A stretch of DNA of 63,129 nt, the filler included, from Octopus bimaculoides (taxonomy: Eukaryota): NCBI RefSeq assembly GCF_001194135.2. It is 7 parts of 6 records of this genome, joined end to end, with 100 filler letters (N's around TTAATTAATTAA, not from the genome) between each part and the next. Parts side by side here need not be neighbours in the genome. Positions count along the whole stretch, not along the records: positions 10,719 to 20,386 come from NC_068981.1; positions 20,487 to 47,452 come from NC_068983.1; 5 more parts are not named here. One strand, given 5' to 3'. Below the pieces are notes generated by a model that worked only from the letters and a program-made list of their open reading frames with translations, did not search any database and was not told the DNA's origin. Position 1 is the stretch's first letter. Each line of letters opens with the position of its first letter. The translations under genes and the position numbers were made by a program. Positions 14,961-27,528 of this stretch are shown piece after piece.

Positions 14961-16080
14961 CATTTATGGAGCCTTCGGTGTTCATGTTTGCAGGCATTTC
15001 ATATTGAGCTGGACTCTCGAGATAACATTCGGAACATAAGATAACTTGTGTGCAAGCGTGCATATATGTATGTACATACATTATATATANNNNNNNNNNN
15101 NNNNNNNNNNNNNNNNNNNNNNNNNNNNNNNNNNNNNNNNNNNNNNNNNNNNNNNNNNNNNNNNNNNNNNNNNNNNNNNNNNNNNNNNNNNNNNNNNNNN
15201 NNNNNNNNNNNNNNNNNNNNNNNNNNNNNNNNNNNNNNNNNNNNNNNNNNNNNNNNNNNNNNNNNNNNNNNNNNNNNNNNNNNNNNNNNNNNNNNNNNNN
15301 NNNNNNNNNNNNNNNNNNNNNNNNNNNNNNNNNNNNNNNNNNNNNNNNNNNNNNNNNGTATATATACATATGCATATTTATATATATATGTATACATGTA
15401 TAAACATATATGTATGTATGTATATTGTTGTTTGTAACTTGTTAAAATGTTTGATTGGCATTTTATTGTTTTACTTTCATTGTATTTGGTAGAAGGGGAC
15501 TTGAATTTTTATCAAATTTTTTTGTTTCATTTATATATGCATACATAAATACACACTCACACACACACGAACAAACACACACATATATACATACATATAT
15601 TTATATATTTGTAAACATACATGAATACACAAATATTCATACATACAAACAAGCATGAATGTATATATATATATAGACTTTATTTATTCATTTCTTGTTC
15701 ATATATTTATCGAATATTCTTCTTGAAAATTAGCAAAGTTGCTTTTGAATATCCTGGAGAAATAGTGCGAAAACAAGTGAAGATGTGTAAGAAGAAATCG
15801 GCAAAAAAATCAAAATGAAAAATTTGCAAAAAAATATTAACGGGAAAAGAGTAAAGGAAAAATAGCGTGAAGAAAGTAAGAGCGAAATGAAAGAACGAAT
15901 GAAGGAAACAAAAGAGAAAAAGATTTTTAAAAAAGACTAAAGAAAAGTTAATTTGAAAAATAGGGATAGAAAGAAGAGAAAATGCAATAGTAAAACGAAC
16001 AGAAGTCCAAGAAGAGATACTGAATGAAAATGAAGGCGTATGAAAATGTGAAATGTATATATGTGTATATGTGTATATGT

Positions 16081-16119
<39 letters not shown>

Positions 16120-16163
16120 ATACGTATATCTACGTTGTATATATCTACACATTTATCTATCAA

Positions 16164-16225
<62 letters not shown>

Positions 16226-16564
16226 TGTGTATGTGTGTGTTCATACGAAGAAACGAAGGCGTGGTATGGTCTTGAGAGGATATGATCAGGAGTTAGCGAA
16301 GAAATCGATAAAATATATGTACTTTATCTTCTTTTTTTACTTGATCATTCTTACTGTTTTTTAAGAAAATAACTTTTGAGTATTTTCCGTTTCTTGTTCA
16401 TTTTTATCTCTGATTGATATTAGTTTTTTGTTTGCTTTTTGCACGCCTTTATTATCTTCGAGGGGAGAATTTCAACATAGGTCTGATATCTTTATGCTTT
16501 CTGTACATATCTTAATTATATATATGTGTGTGAGTGTTTATGCATGGTGTATTTGTATGTGTAT

Positions 16565-16659
<95 letters not shown>

Positions 16660-19611
16660 TTTCCATTGGTAGAAAGTAGCTTAACATTATATTTTTTTCT
16701 TCTTCCTCTTTTGCGTCTTTTTATTGTAACTGAGCGGGGTTTGTATATGAATTGTGATCCTCACTAGCTCTATTTATCGTGCACGAAATAGTGAGTCTGC
16801 TTTCAGTGTTATATTGATATCTTTCAAAGTGTTTGAGTGGGGGAGAGAGAGCGAGCGAGAGACAGAGAATTTATGTTTCAGAGGGTAGCGAAAGTGCAAG
16901 AATTTGTATTCTCGTAGTTTATGTACTACTCTTACTCTTCGAATTTAAACTGATTCAGGGATATACAAGATATTCCAAGAGATTTCACAGGAAATTGGCT
17001 TATAGCAGTTTCTTTTTTACCTTCACGATTAGGCTATGTGTATCAACGCATACACATACGTAGACACAGATAAGTTACTTATTAACTCAAATAACACCAT
17101 TCGGATTTCCCGTGGATGTCTCAAAATCCCACCGAACAGATGGAGCAACATAGGTTCAATTCTCAGTGCTGGGTATTAGCTCCATCACTTGAATTCCATT
17201 TTCTTTCATGGAATCTCCGTTAAAGGTATGCTTTATATTTTCTTTTTCAAAATTCTACAAGGACGCCATTTACATAGCCAAACAAGTATTCTCTTTTGTA
17301 TGGCTCTGGCTGGAGTGATAGCTCTTGTTCGTCACGGCAGATAAGTAGGAAATTCACAGAGATGGGATCTAATGGGAACATTGCTTGGAAAGTTACCTGG
17401 AGCGATCCGAGCAGATACCGACGAATGGTGAATGCAGCAATAAGATACAACTGCGCATGACCAAATAATTTAACTGGACCTGATCATACATATATATGTG
17501 TATGTGAATGTCTGTGTATGTGTATATGTTAAACGTTTATAGATATACACACACATATGTACACACACACATACATACGTACATATAAGGTTGTCTCTCT
17601 GTTTACGTACCAAGCGAGATTTATAGTTATAATTATAATTATTATAACAAATTTCAGACTGTTTGCTGTACTACTAACGTGAACTTAATGTTAACATACT
17701 CATGCTTAGAAATGCATATAGAAAGAGACAAAAAGCATTCGATAGATGCAATTCCATTAAAAAATTTATCCGAAGATTTTTGGGGTACAACTATAACGAA
17801 ACTTATTTTTAATAACTCTGGTTTATCCAGAAATATGTCGCCCACACTATATATTTTGTCCTTTATAATATCTAACAGTACTCATCGCTAAGCAGATGTT
17901 GTGTCCTATCCGATTCGCGAATCTGTCTTCTGTATTGCAAAACTCTGCAGAATATAGACTTTGACTACAAAATGGAACACAGTACATTAGAGTTAACTAA
18001 AATTACAGCAACGATTCTGTTCCGTAAGTCCATGTCTATTATGCACTTTCACTAGTTATGTTAGAAGGGATCTCAGCCAAGCCAGTAAGAGTAGAGTGGT
18101 GGCTGAAAGTAGTCGCATTTTATATTTTAAGAGTATATAGTATAGATGAGATTGTCATCACCGGTATGCCTTTCATCATAGCTTTGCTTTCATTATTGTG
18201 TCTTGTTTAGACAGAACAGGGAGAGTGAAATCATTGACCAGGCTCAGGCCTCTAAGACTGGTGAAATGAATAGAAAAATATATTTTCATGCAAGAGATAT
18301 CGCATGAGAAGGCGCAGTAAACGTCATGGAAGGTGATGTGGTGGCGTCTAGCTGGTAATACACAATGGATATCATCTTCAATTGAGAACAGTTTTTTCAA
18401 TAGACACCTACACAGTTTCTTCTGCCAAATTTCACTGAAACATTTTGAAGCTATACAATGCCCCAGGGGCAATAGATCGCATTTGAACACAAGACAACGT
18501 CAATACAAAGCTCACATCTTAGCCAAAGTTCAACGTATGGCATGAACAAAACAAACAGCGGTAAGAAAGTTTTTGTTTGTTGTCATTTATCAAAGATTCA
18601 TGTTGGTTGGTAGTTTCCCTAATATGTCAAAATTTAGAAAATTTAAATATTTCTGTTGCAATTTTGAGGGAATCTTCCTTTGTCAAATGTATAAGCATCA
18701 CCCTCTAAAGAGCGCACACTTTACCTTGACAACGGCACACACGCACACACTCGCTCCCACACACGCACACACTCGCTCCCACACACGCACACATTCGCTC
18801 CCACACACGCACACACTCACTCCCACACACGCACACACCTACAAACACAAATACACTTTCATACTCTTACATACACATAAATAATTCTGATTTGAAAGGT
18901 ACAGTGTTCGATAAACATATCTATTTATCTCTTTCTCTCTCTCTTTCTATATATATATGTACTTATAAACTTTATACTCACATACATGTAATTTTCTCCT
19001 CGAAGTAATTAAAACATTGACCTTACGTGTCGTAAGGACTATGAATGAAACTGCATCGTACGTAAACTTCGATTTTCATGTTATAAGGCAAGTTTTTCAT
19101 ACTGAGCATATGTCTGTTAATTACTCGAAAGTCGATGCTAAGTTTCATTTCAGAAACATCAGTATAACACACACAAAAAAAAAAAAAGATTAAATAGCAT
19201 GCATGGCTTTCTGTAAGGGGATATTACCAAACAGAATGGTTTAACTTGTAGACAGATATTCGAAACTTTCAATATAAATGTAGAAAGCACCTGCTCTTTT
19301 CCAAGTTATATAATTGTACCAAATATTTTAGTCATTTTATGTTAAATGTAGGAAAGCTACTGTGAACTATATTTCCCTTTTCTCTATGTGCACATATTCG
19401 TACATTTGTATGTCTCCATTATCGTTTATTGTTTATCTTTTATTCGTTTCACTCATTAAATTACGGCCACGCTGGTGCACAGCTTTGAATTTCTAGCAGA
19501 ATGAATCGACGCCAATACTTATTTTTAAAGCCTGGTACTTATTCTATCGGTTTTCTTTTGCCGAACCGCTATGTTACGGGGACCAAAACACATAAATACA
19601 CCAACACCTTA

Positions 19612-19975
19612 TTATTATTGAGTGAAAGAGCAGCGCATGCCATCAAAGTGACATTGGGGTGCAAATATACTAAGCTAAATACAACCATTACGATTACCCG
19701 TCTAATAAGCGTACACAAGACACATGCATCAGAGCTATTTGTGCGTGACATGGTGACCCATATCAAGATAAACAGCGCATGTCTTTGCAGATAGAGCTCA
19801 GTTGGAATTTTCTTCAGGTCGAGTAGCCCATACTGTTCAAAAAAAGGTCCTTCGATAAGGTTTTTTTTAAGGATGAATGATTTAAACTCCAAAGAATTCT
19901 TCTCAACACATGGCTATGATGCTTCCCCACTACTTCTGCTCATGATGAGAGATGCACATATCGTCAGGTACTAAA
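19612..19975 (-). mobile_element. 3' part of a ~0.55 kb non-coding (TAA)n-associated repeat
   Basis: Homologous to 50182-50670 and 62044-62295; ends ...GCATGCGCTGCTCTTTCACTC-AATAATAATAA on minus. Confidence 0.7.
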
Positions 19976-20043
19976 AGGTTCTTCTAGCCTTTATTCTACT
20001 TCTAATAATATGTGTTAGATATTATTAATGTTGTTGTTGTTGC

Positions 20044-20112
<69 letters not shown>

Positions 20113-20116
<4 letters not shown>

Positions 20117-20386
20117 TAGTTTTATTTTTATAACGTGCTTTCACTTCACTACCGAGCGCAGCTCTGTGCGCCTTGGGTATGTGCTGTGGTTTGCTGTGGT
20201 GCTCTTATGTTTACTGTATTGAAAGTGTTTTGCGTAGAATGTGTGCAGTACTCAGTAGTGCAATTTTCTGTATGTTATATATATTTGTAAGTCCTGGTGT
20301 TTTTGTTATGTATTTGTCTGAATATTTTTTTTATTATACCTAAGGCACCTACTATGATAGGAATTGTTTCTGTTTTTAGATTCCAC
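20113..20386 (-). mobile_element. R4/Dong-like RLE LINE 3' end (young family) with (TAA)n tail
   Basis: Nearly identical to 49880-50150 and 55361-55630 (encodes ...IQKIALLGTAHILRKTLSIQ*); terminates ACTACTGA-(ATA)n at 20112-20045. Confidence 0.9.
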
Positions 20387-20486
20387 NNNNNNNNNNNNNN
20401 NNNNNNNNNNNNNNNNNNNNNNNNNNNNNNTTAATTAATTAANNNNNNNNNNNNNNNNNNNNNNNNNNNNNNNNNNNNNNNNNNNN

Positions 20487-20519
<33 letters not shown>

Positions 20520-22078
20520 AATGGAGTGGAATTAATCCTAGGGTATGGAACATATAAGAGGTAAATAAACATGACAAGGGTAACATAAATTAAGATGAAT
20601 TAAATCACACAGTAGCTCAAGCTAAATATTAAAAAAAATAAAACAAAAAATATAAATAATGCTAAATGGCAAGAAAACATTAATAAAAAGCAAAGAGAAT
20701 ATGGTAGTCAAAAACAAGAAATGAATTTCAAGAAAATTAACAAAAAAAAATACACAAAATTTAGTACTGCAAAACAGCAAGAAAAGTTTAGAATAAACTG
20801 TAAAAGTAATTATGGACTTAGAAAAAAATAAAGTTATTTGTTAAAAAATTATAAAAATCTAAAAAAGATAATTAAAAAAAACGTGAAAATTTTGATCAAC
20901 TTCTCCCTTCAAAATGCTGTTATTATTCAGAAACTTACTAAATTTTATTATGAAAGACAAAAAATTTTTGTAACTCTCAATATAGAAGAAGCATTAAAAT
21001 AGAAATAAGTAAAGTAACAAGCATATATAGTTCTGCTTCAGACTTTAAAAAGTCTATGCTGCAACAAATAAAAAATACTCCACCTAATGTCTGTGACTTA
21101 ATAAAAAATGTTGAAAAAAGGTTTGTTGTCAGTTTATTGGAGTCAAAATTTGTACCAAACTTTTTCCAATGAAAATTTGTACCATATTTTTATATAACAG
21201 TTGTTCATTAATAAAAAAAGAAATAGTACTTGTTCCCTACAAATTCTGTGAATTATGTAGCACTACATGTTTTGAGCAACCGTGATTTTGCCAGTGTTGA
21301 CTGTCTCTCTGATGATTGTGAGTATAAAAATGCTCCATCTGATGGAGGAGGAGGAGGAGGAGGAGGAGGACAATGATATCAATGAATATCAGCAAAATAG
21401 TTACTGTCCGAAAAAATATTTTACGGTTTTTGTTCAAAGCACTTTACATACACTTTACATCAAATCCCACCAAGGTCAATTTAGTCTTTCATCCGTTTGA
21501 GGTTGGTAAAATGAAGTCCCAATCAAATGCTGGGGTCAATGGTATTGTTTAACTCTCTTTTCTTAAAACTTTGGCCTTGTGCCTAAATCAAAAGCTAATT
21601 TTGGCTGGACTTGAAAGAATATTCAGAAAAACCAAATGGTGATATTGCCAATGTTGAATCTATCAAAATAAGCTCTTTGTGAGTCAATGATATTATTGGT
21701 GCTACTGAACATTTTTACAAGAGATTAAAACCTTCTGTGAATTAATTAGCAAAAAACAAACCTTTTTAGGCAAACAGGAAAACTTAGGTGAAAAGCGTTC
21801 CAATTTATAGCAAAGATTTAACAGAAATCATTAGACAGTTTATTGAACCACATGTTACCTGTAGATTATCTTGTTCTGAGTATAGTCCAACTCTGGATAA
21901 AATTGTTAGTTGCTTCATGTAACAAAAGTTGTTGGAATATATACAGGAAAGGAAGAAATAAAGTTGAAATGTGTAGAATTGATTTTCCAAAACTTTTGGC
22001 TGGTCTAAAATTTTTACTCTAACAGAGAGTTCCAAATAAAGAAAAGTGACAATAGCATTAAAAACTCTCTCAGTTACA

Positions 22079-22410
22079 GTGGCTGTGTGGTAAGTAGCTT
22101 GCTTGCCAACCACATGGTTCCGAGTTCATTCCCACTGCATGGCACCTTGGGCAAGTGTCTTCTACCATAGCATCAGGCCGACCAAAGCCTTGTGAGTGGA
22201 TTTGGTAGACGGAAACTGAAAGAAGCCTGTCGTTCCCCCCAACATCACTTGGTGGTGTGTTTACGTCCCTGTAACTTAGCGGTTCGGGAAAAAGAAACCG
22301 ATAGAATAAGTACTAGGCATCCAAAGAATAAGTCCTGGGGTCGATTTGCTCGACTAAAGGCAGTGCTCCAGCATGGCCCCAGTCAAATGACTGAAACAAG
22401 TAAAAGAGTA
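22079..22410 (+). mobile_element. SINE family B, near full-length, inserted in the Helitron Rep region
   Basis: tRNA-like head GGCTGTGTGGTAAG...GGTTCCGAGTTCATTCCC, body and ...GACTGAAACAAGTAAAAGAGTA tail; low divergence relative to the flanks. Confidence 0.9.
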
Positions 22411-23867
22411 ATCCCCTTCATGATTTGATAAGCAAATACTAATGTCCAATATATTGAAGGAAACTGTATGATTTTGACTTGTTATATTCCTAGTTTTCAT
22501 GCAAAAATAGGAAGAAATGAAGCTGAATGTATTTCAGAAAATTTGGATCACTCTAGGTCAAGATATGGGTAATATAAATCAGAAGAATGGCAATTTTTTG
22601 GTAAAAAGATATATTGGAGCCTATGGATGTGTTGGCAAATTGTTGGCAAATTGTTGGCAAATTGTTGGCCCATCGTTTATTTGGCTATTCTGATCAAGTA
22701 ATTTGGGTGGGTGCAGATATTCCTAGTAAAAGGAGTCACAAGTTGAGACCAAAATGGAATTACAAGAACTTTCACTACTATCTACGAGCATCTTTTATAA
22801 AAATATGACTGAAATATATCATCCAAACAGACCAATATTTCTGAGAAATGTTTCACTATATGAAGTTGCCAGCAAATAGGAAAATGCATCAGCTTCCAGC
22901 AGATGACGAAAATGAAGCTGAAAACGTGAATATGGTCAATAACAAAGGTCAAGGGGGGAAAATAATCAAAGTTCCAAATATTTCACTGAAGAAACAAAAC
23001 AAAACTTGCATGATTTGTTAATGTTGTCTATATGTAGGAAAAAGGGTGAAATTGATTTTTTTAATGGTTCCAATTCATATGAAGAATCGTTTAAGAATTA
23101 TAATTTTGATTTTCTATCTAGTGGTTCATTATGAAAATATCAGAAAAACATGTGGTTGAACCATGAATTAGTAAAACAATTAGAAATCAAAGAATAAAAA
23201 AAAAGTTGAGTAAAATGTTGTTGAAAATTAAGCAAAGAGAATTGAAAGACAAGTTACTGAAGAATTTGTAAAACAAAAAGGAACCTTGGCTTAATGAAGA
23301 CCAAAAAACAATTTATAATGAAGTTATTACTATTATTGGAAGAGCTTCATTGAAATAAGACCAAACCTATTCCAAGATGTAAATGTGATGATTACCCATA
23401 ACTGCTTAAATTCATTTCTGGTCTATGAGGAACTCCAAAAAGCTTTTTGATAGACACTACATCAGACAAAATTTCATGTCTGACTCAGGCAATTGGTCTC
23501 CTGTAATAATTTGTAGACTCACTGGCATAAGTGCTTTTCGAATAAAGGCAATACTTTGCAGAGAATACTTAAGAAAGAAAATTTCCTACTTTAGAGAACT
23601 GACAAAAGAAGTGAAAATGTTGCAATTTATTTGATAATGAGGTCAGACTATTTACTATTGAAGCAATCAGTGTGATCAATTATTTGATGCTGACTTTTAT
23701 TTACAAAATACAAGATGAAACCTTTGAAGATCAGAATAGACTAACCTTTTGTTTGGTGATTCATTGCAACTTCCACCTGTTAATGCAAACCCAGTATTCA
23801 AAGAATTTCATATGATTCCAAATGAACAAAAACTGATATAAATAGAAAACTGGGATCTATTTTAAAA

Positions 23868-24370
23868 CGGGGGCCACATTTTTCATTAATGTTCTACGTA
23901 GTGTTTTTGGTACGGAAAGACTTTCAAACTTCGTATACTTATCTATTTTGTGTTATAGAACAGAAAAATATTTTTGTATTCGAATTTATTTCATTTAAAA
24001 AATTGTCTTATTTCGATAATTTCAACCAATCACTGACAAGTATTCAGTTGTTTACATTTACTCATTTGGCTGATTAAGCGATGTAAAGCGTATTTAATCT
24101 CCATACCTTTGTTTTATTTGCTTTTTTCATTTTAGAGTTAGGGTTAATTGTTTCAGAATCGTTTGTTTATGTAGTCGGCACTTAATGTATATCGGCTGAA
24201 TGGACGTCAGTGATTGGTTGAAATTACAGAAATACGGCAACTTTAACATGGAATAACTTATGGATTTCTTTTTTTTTTAAGAAGACTAAGAGAAAAAGAT
24301 GTTTTATATGACACATTCTACCAGTGTTCCAAGTTTCAAAGTGTTTTGTTAATGAAAAATGTGGCCCCCA
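23868..24370. mobile_element. MITE with ~23-bp terminal inverted repeats, flanked by TTTTAAAA, inserted in the Helitron helicase
   Basis: Left (C)GGGGGCCACATTTTTCATTAA and right TTAATGAAAAATGTGGCCCCC(A); TTTTAAAA on both sides (23860-67, 24371-78); no ORF. Confidence 0.85.
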
Positions 24371-25778
24371 TTTTAAAAAAGATCCGAATAGTGTTGTGGA
24401 CATATTTCTAATATGTTGAACTTATATAAGCATAAGACAAAGAAAATTACAGTAAAATATAAGGAAGAATTAAAGTTGGTAATCCATGGATTCTGATAAA
24501 AGCATTCTTCAAAGACAATGCTATTTCCAAATAGAAAAACAACTACTGAAGAAATTGCTGATAAATTATTTGAATTGTATTTTACACCTGATTTGAAATT
24601 TCTTAGCATACTTCTTCTAAGTGAAGCAGTAGATGAACTAAATAATGAAATGGTTTTAAGAAAATGTAATATCATGACTATTGATATTGTAGCCACTGAT
24701 TCTGGCATGTGACAAAAAGATGGGAGGTAAAAGAAAAATAGTAAAATCAGCAACAAACTTAAAGAAATATAGATTTTGTTTTAAATTTTAAATTTTTACT
24801 AATTTTTTGATTGGACTAGAAACTATGCTGAAAATTGGGACTGTTGAGGAAAAAGTATGATGTAGACCAAAACTTTTGTAATGGCATTGTTAGAACAAGA
24901 GGACAGTGGTGAGGTGACAGAATCATTAGCTTGCTGGGTGAAATACGTAGCAGTATTTCATCCATTACATTCTGGGTTCAAATTCCGCCATGGTCAATTT
25001 AGCCTTTCATCCTTTCAGGGTTGATAAATTAAGTACCAGTGAAACACTGGGTTTGATGCAGTCGACTATACCCCTCCCCCCAAAATTTCAGGCCTTGTGC
25101 CTATTGTTGAAAGGACTATTAGAACAGGAGGAAAGAATCATATTGAAAATATTATTGTTGCTTTTGACCACAAACGAAACAAGTCTCTTATATTAGCAAG
25201 CTGACTATGAAATCTTTGATGGTATTTTTGTCACCAGGAATCATTTTTCTTGTTTTTCTTTTTTTTTTACGTAATAACAATTCACAAGGAATCAGTGTCA
25301 GCGGGATGATTATAAACCAAAGATCTCAAGTATTTTCTGGTTGCATGGTTTATATAGATTCCAGTGCAGCACATCAGAGAAAGACATGGGTAAAACAAAT
25401 TGAGAAAAACCTGAAATCGCAGCACCTCAACCTCAAGCATGCTAAGGCCAGCACCATGGATCAGAAAGAATAACATCATCACCAGAGCCTGTCATCCAGC
25501 AGCACCCACAGCAGCATATTTGTTGAGAGGACAGCCTTCCCTTCCAGTTGCCAGGTAGGGATTTTACTTACTTTGCTTACTTTCAAGAGTTTGCAAATTG
25601 TGTGACAAATTTGATGGGAAGAGTACAACAAATTGTGTGTCATTACTCAAAAACCAGATTTGTTTCTGATACCACCTTGCAGGAAAAAAAAAAACCTCCT
25701 TGCATGGATATTGCATCTAGTATACCAAAGAAGAGAGCTAAAAAATTAAATATTGAAGAATATATAGAACAAAATTAG

Positions 25779-27183
25779 AATGATAAAACAAATATTCTTT
25801 CACAACTTCCACCATTAAACCTAAGAAATGCTTGCTTTGCAAGTTCTATGATTTAGGTTATTAATCAATTACCTAGACTTACTGAATAATTACAAACTAA
25901 GAGACTTGAAAATGAAGTTAATCAAGAATCAAGAACCATTATTTTGGATAAATACAATAATGTGGCTAGTCTGAGAAGAATTATTTGAGAAAGATTTGAT
26001 GATGGAATCAGCAATGTGTTCATGAATTTTGGAAAGTGCATTCTCAGTATTCAGACTTTGATTTTAGAAAAAAATTTGACTTATTCCTATTGAAAATGTT
26101 AGGTACATAAAAGTGCATCTTATTAATTGTCAAAGATTAAATGAAGACATCTACAACTGTTACTCCACACATAGATTTGGAGATAAACAGAATTTCCACT
26201 AAAACAAAAGACTGATTTTGAATCCTATCACTGCTTCTCAGTAATTTAAATCTTTGCTTTTAACAACTACTGCTTTAATAATAAAAAAAATTGTGAAATT
26301 TTTTCAGAAAATACTGAACAGTAGATTTCCTTCTCGTTTTAAATATCTTGTTCTACAAATTAATGGATTTCACATAAATTATGAAGGGAAATAAAGAATT
26401 AATTGTGATATAATGAACTTCAGTTCTAAAACAGCAACAAATATTTAGTACTATCTTTACTCTACAGGGTGTCCATAAAGTCTGGACACATAGGCAAAAT
26501 GTATATTTTCAAGAAATACATGTAAAATTTTCAGCAACATCTTATTCAGTTGGAATGTTAACAAATAATATCTTCAATATGATTTCCACCATTTGCAAGA
26601 TTTGTGTGAACTTGATGCAATATCTCCACACTGCTATCAATCTGAACACACTCACTCTTTATGTGTTGCATCTGTGATTTTCATTGAGTACACTTTCTCC
26701 TTTAGCATACCCCAGAAAAAGAAGTCAAGAAAGCCAAGGTCTGGTGAACGAGGAGGCCACTCCACATGACTATGTCTTCCGATCCGGTCTGGGAAATTGT
26801 CATTCACCCAATCTCTTACCACCATGGCAAAATGGGCAGAGGCACCATCCTGTTGGAACCACTTAAGAAGTCCTTCACTTAGCCTTTCAAGTTAGGGCAT
26901 TAACTGGTCTCTCAACATGGTGAGGTAAGTCTCACCAGTTACATGTTCATCAAAGAGAAATGGCCCCAATGCTTGAGATTTCTTATGTGTCCAGACTTTA
27001 GGGACTCCCTGTATAAGCTGCAATTGTTCCCAGGGGATTTATCTTCAATGATAGCTTATTTTACATCCTTAGTTAAAAAAGGAGAGAAAACTTTGAATGT
27101 AATAAGTGACAATATTATTTTAAAAAGATAATAAATTTCCTCCCAAACTACTTCATGCTGTGCTATTTGTGCAGAAATTATAA
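25779..27183 (+). pseudogene. Degenerate ubiquitin-specific protease (peptidase C19/USP-like) domain downstream of the Helitron helicase, split by a mariner insertion
   Basis: Cys-box-like LNLRNACFASSMI*VINQLP (TGC at 25833, TAG in place of CAG); QQCVHEF at 26009 (cf. QQDAHEF); KYLVLQINGF ~26340; after removing the mariner, AAIVPRG...AYFTSLVKKG..ISDN (His-box-like) and AVLFVQKL* at 27183. Confidence 0.55.
26465..27011 (-). mobile_element. Internally deleted Tc1/mariner-superfamily element with both TIRs and TA duplication
   Basis: TA-CAGGGTGTCCATAAAGTCTGGACACATA ... TATGTGTCCAGACTTTAGGGACTCCCTG-TA. Minus-strand peptide VEWPPRSPDLGFLDFFFWGMLKEKVY is a typical transposase C-terminal catalytic region. 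Confidence 0.9.
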
Positions 27184-27528
27184 TATATAGATTTTATTCA
27201 AATTTTTAAGTTTTTACTAATTTTTCAAAACAACACTTTGTTTTGAACGAGTTATTCAAAAAATAAAAAAATGTAGTAAAATTTGATAAAGTTATGTAAT
27301 TAGACATTAAAAATTCACCATTGCTAAATTAATTATAGGAAAAATTTTTAACTTTGCATGATTATTTGCATTTGAATATCACTAGAACAAAAATTCACTT
27401 CCAAATGTGTTAAAAAATATTAAAGATTTTATAAAACTTTCTTTTGGTTTTGGTAATATATTTAAAAAATTTTTACATAGCTATTTAGTCGTTCTTCTGC
27501 TTGTCTTTCTATCATTTTCCCAATCATC

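Larger units (their letters stand above)
20520..25400 (+). mobile_element. Highly decayed Helitron-superfamily RepHel (Rep plus PIF1-like helicase) coding region
   Basis: Ordered motifs across frameshifts. Rep: VPIYSKD..IIRQFIEPHVTCRL (~21800-21870), CRIDFPK (21972), NVQYI (22441), LLAHRLFGYSDQVIWVGADIPSKRSHKLRPK (~22660-22755), YHPNRP (22817). Helicase: LNEDQK (23290), Walker A FISGL*GTPKSFLI (23411), LTGISAF (23518), GDSLQLPPV (23755), GLETMLKIG (24813), TIHK (25277). Left boundary uncertain. Confidence 0.85.

Noticed and set aside
17247-18600. Short unique-looking ORFs (17247-17450, 17679-17891, 18176-18490, 18333-18545)
   Set aside because: No recognisable motifs or consistent splice phases.
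22628-22668. (TGTTGGCAAAT)x3-4 short tandem array
   Set aside because: A local slippage duplication inside the Helitron Rep frame; no spacers, so not CRISPR-like.
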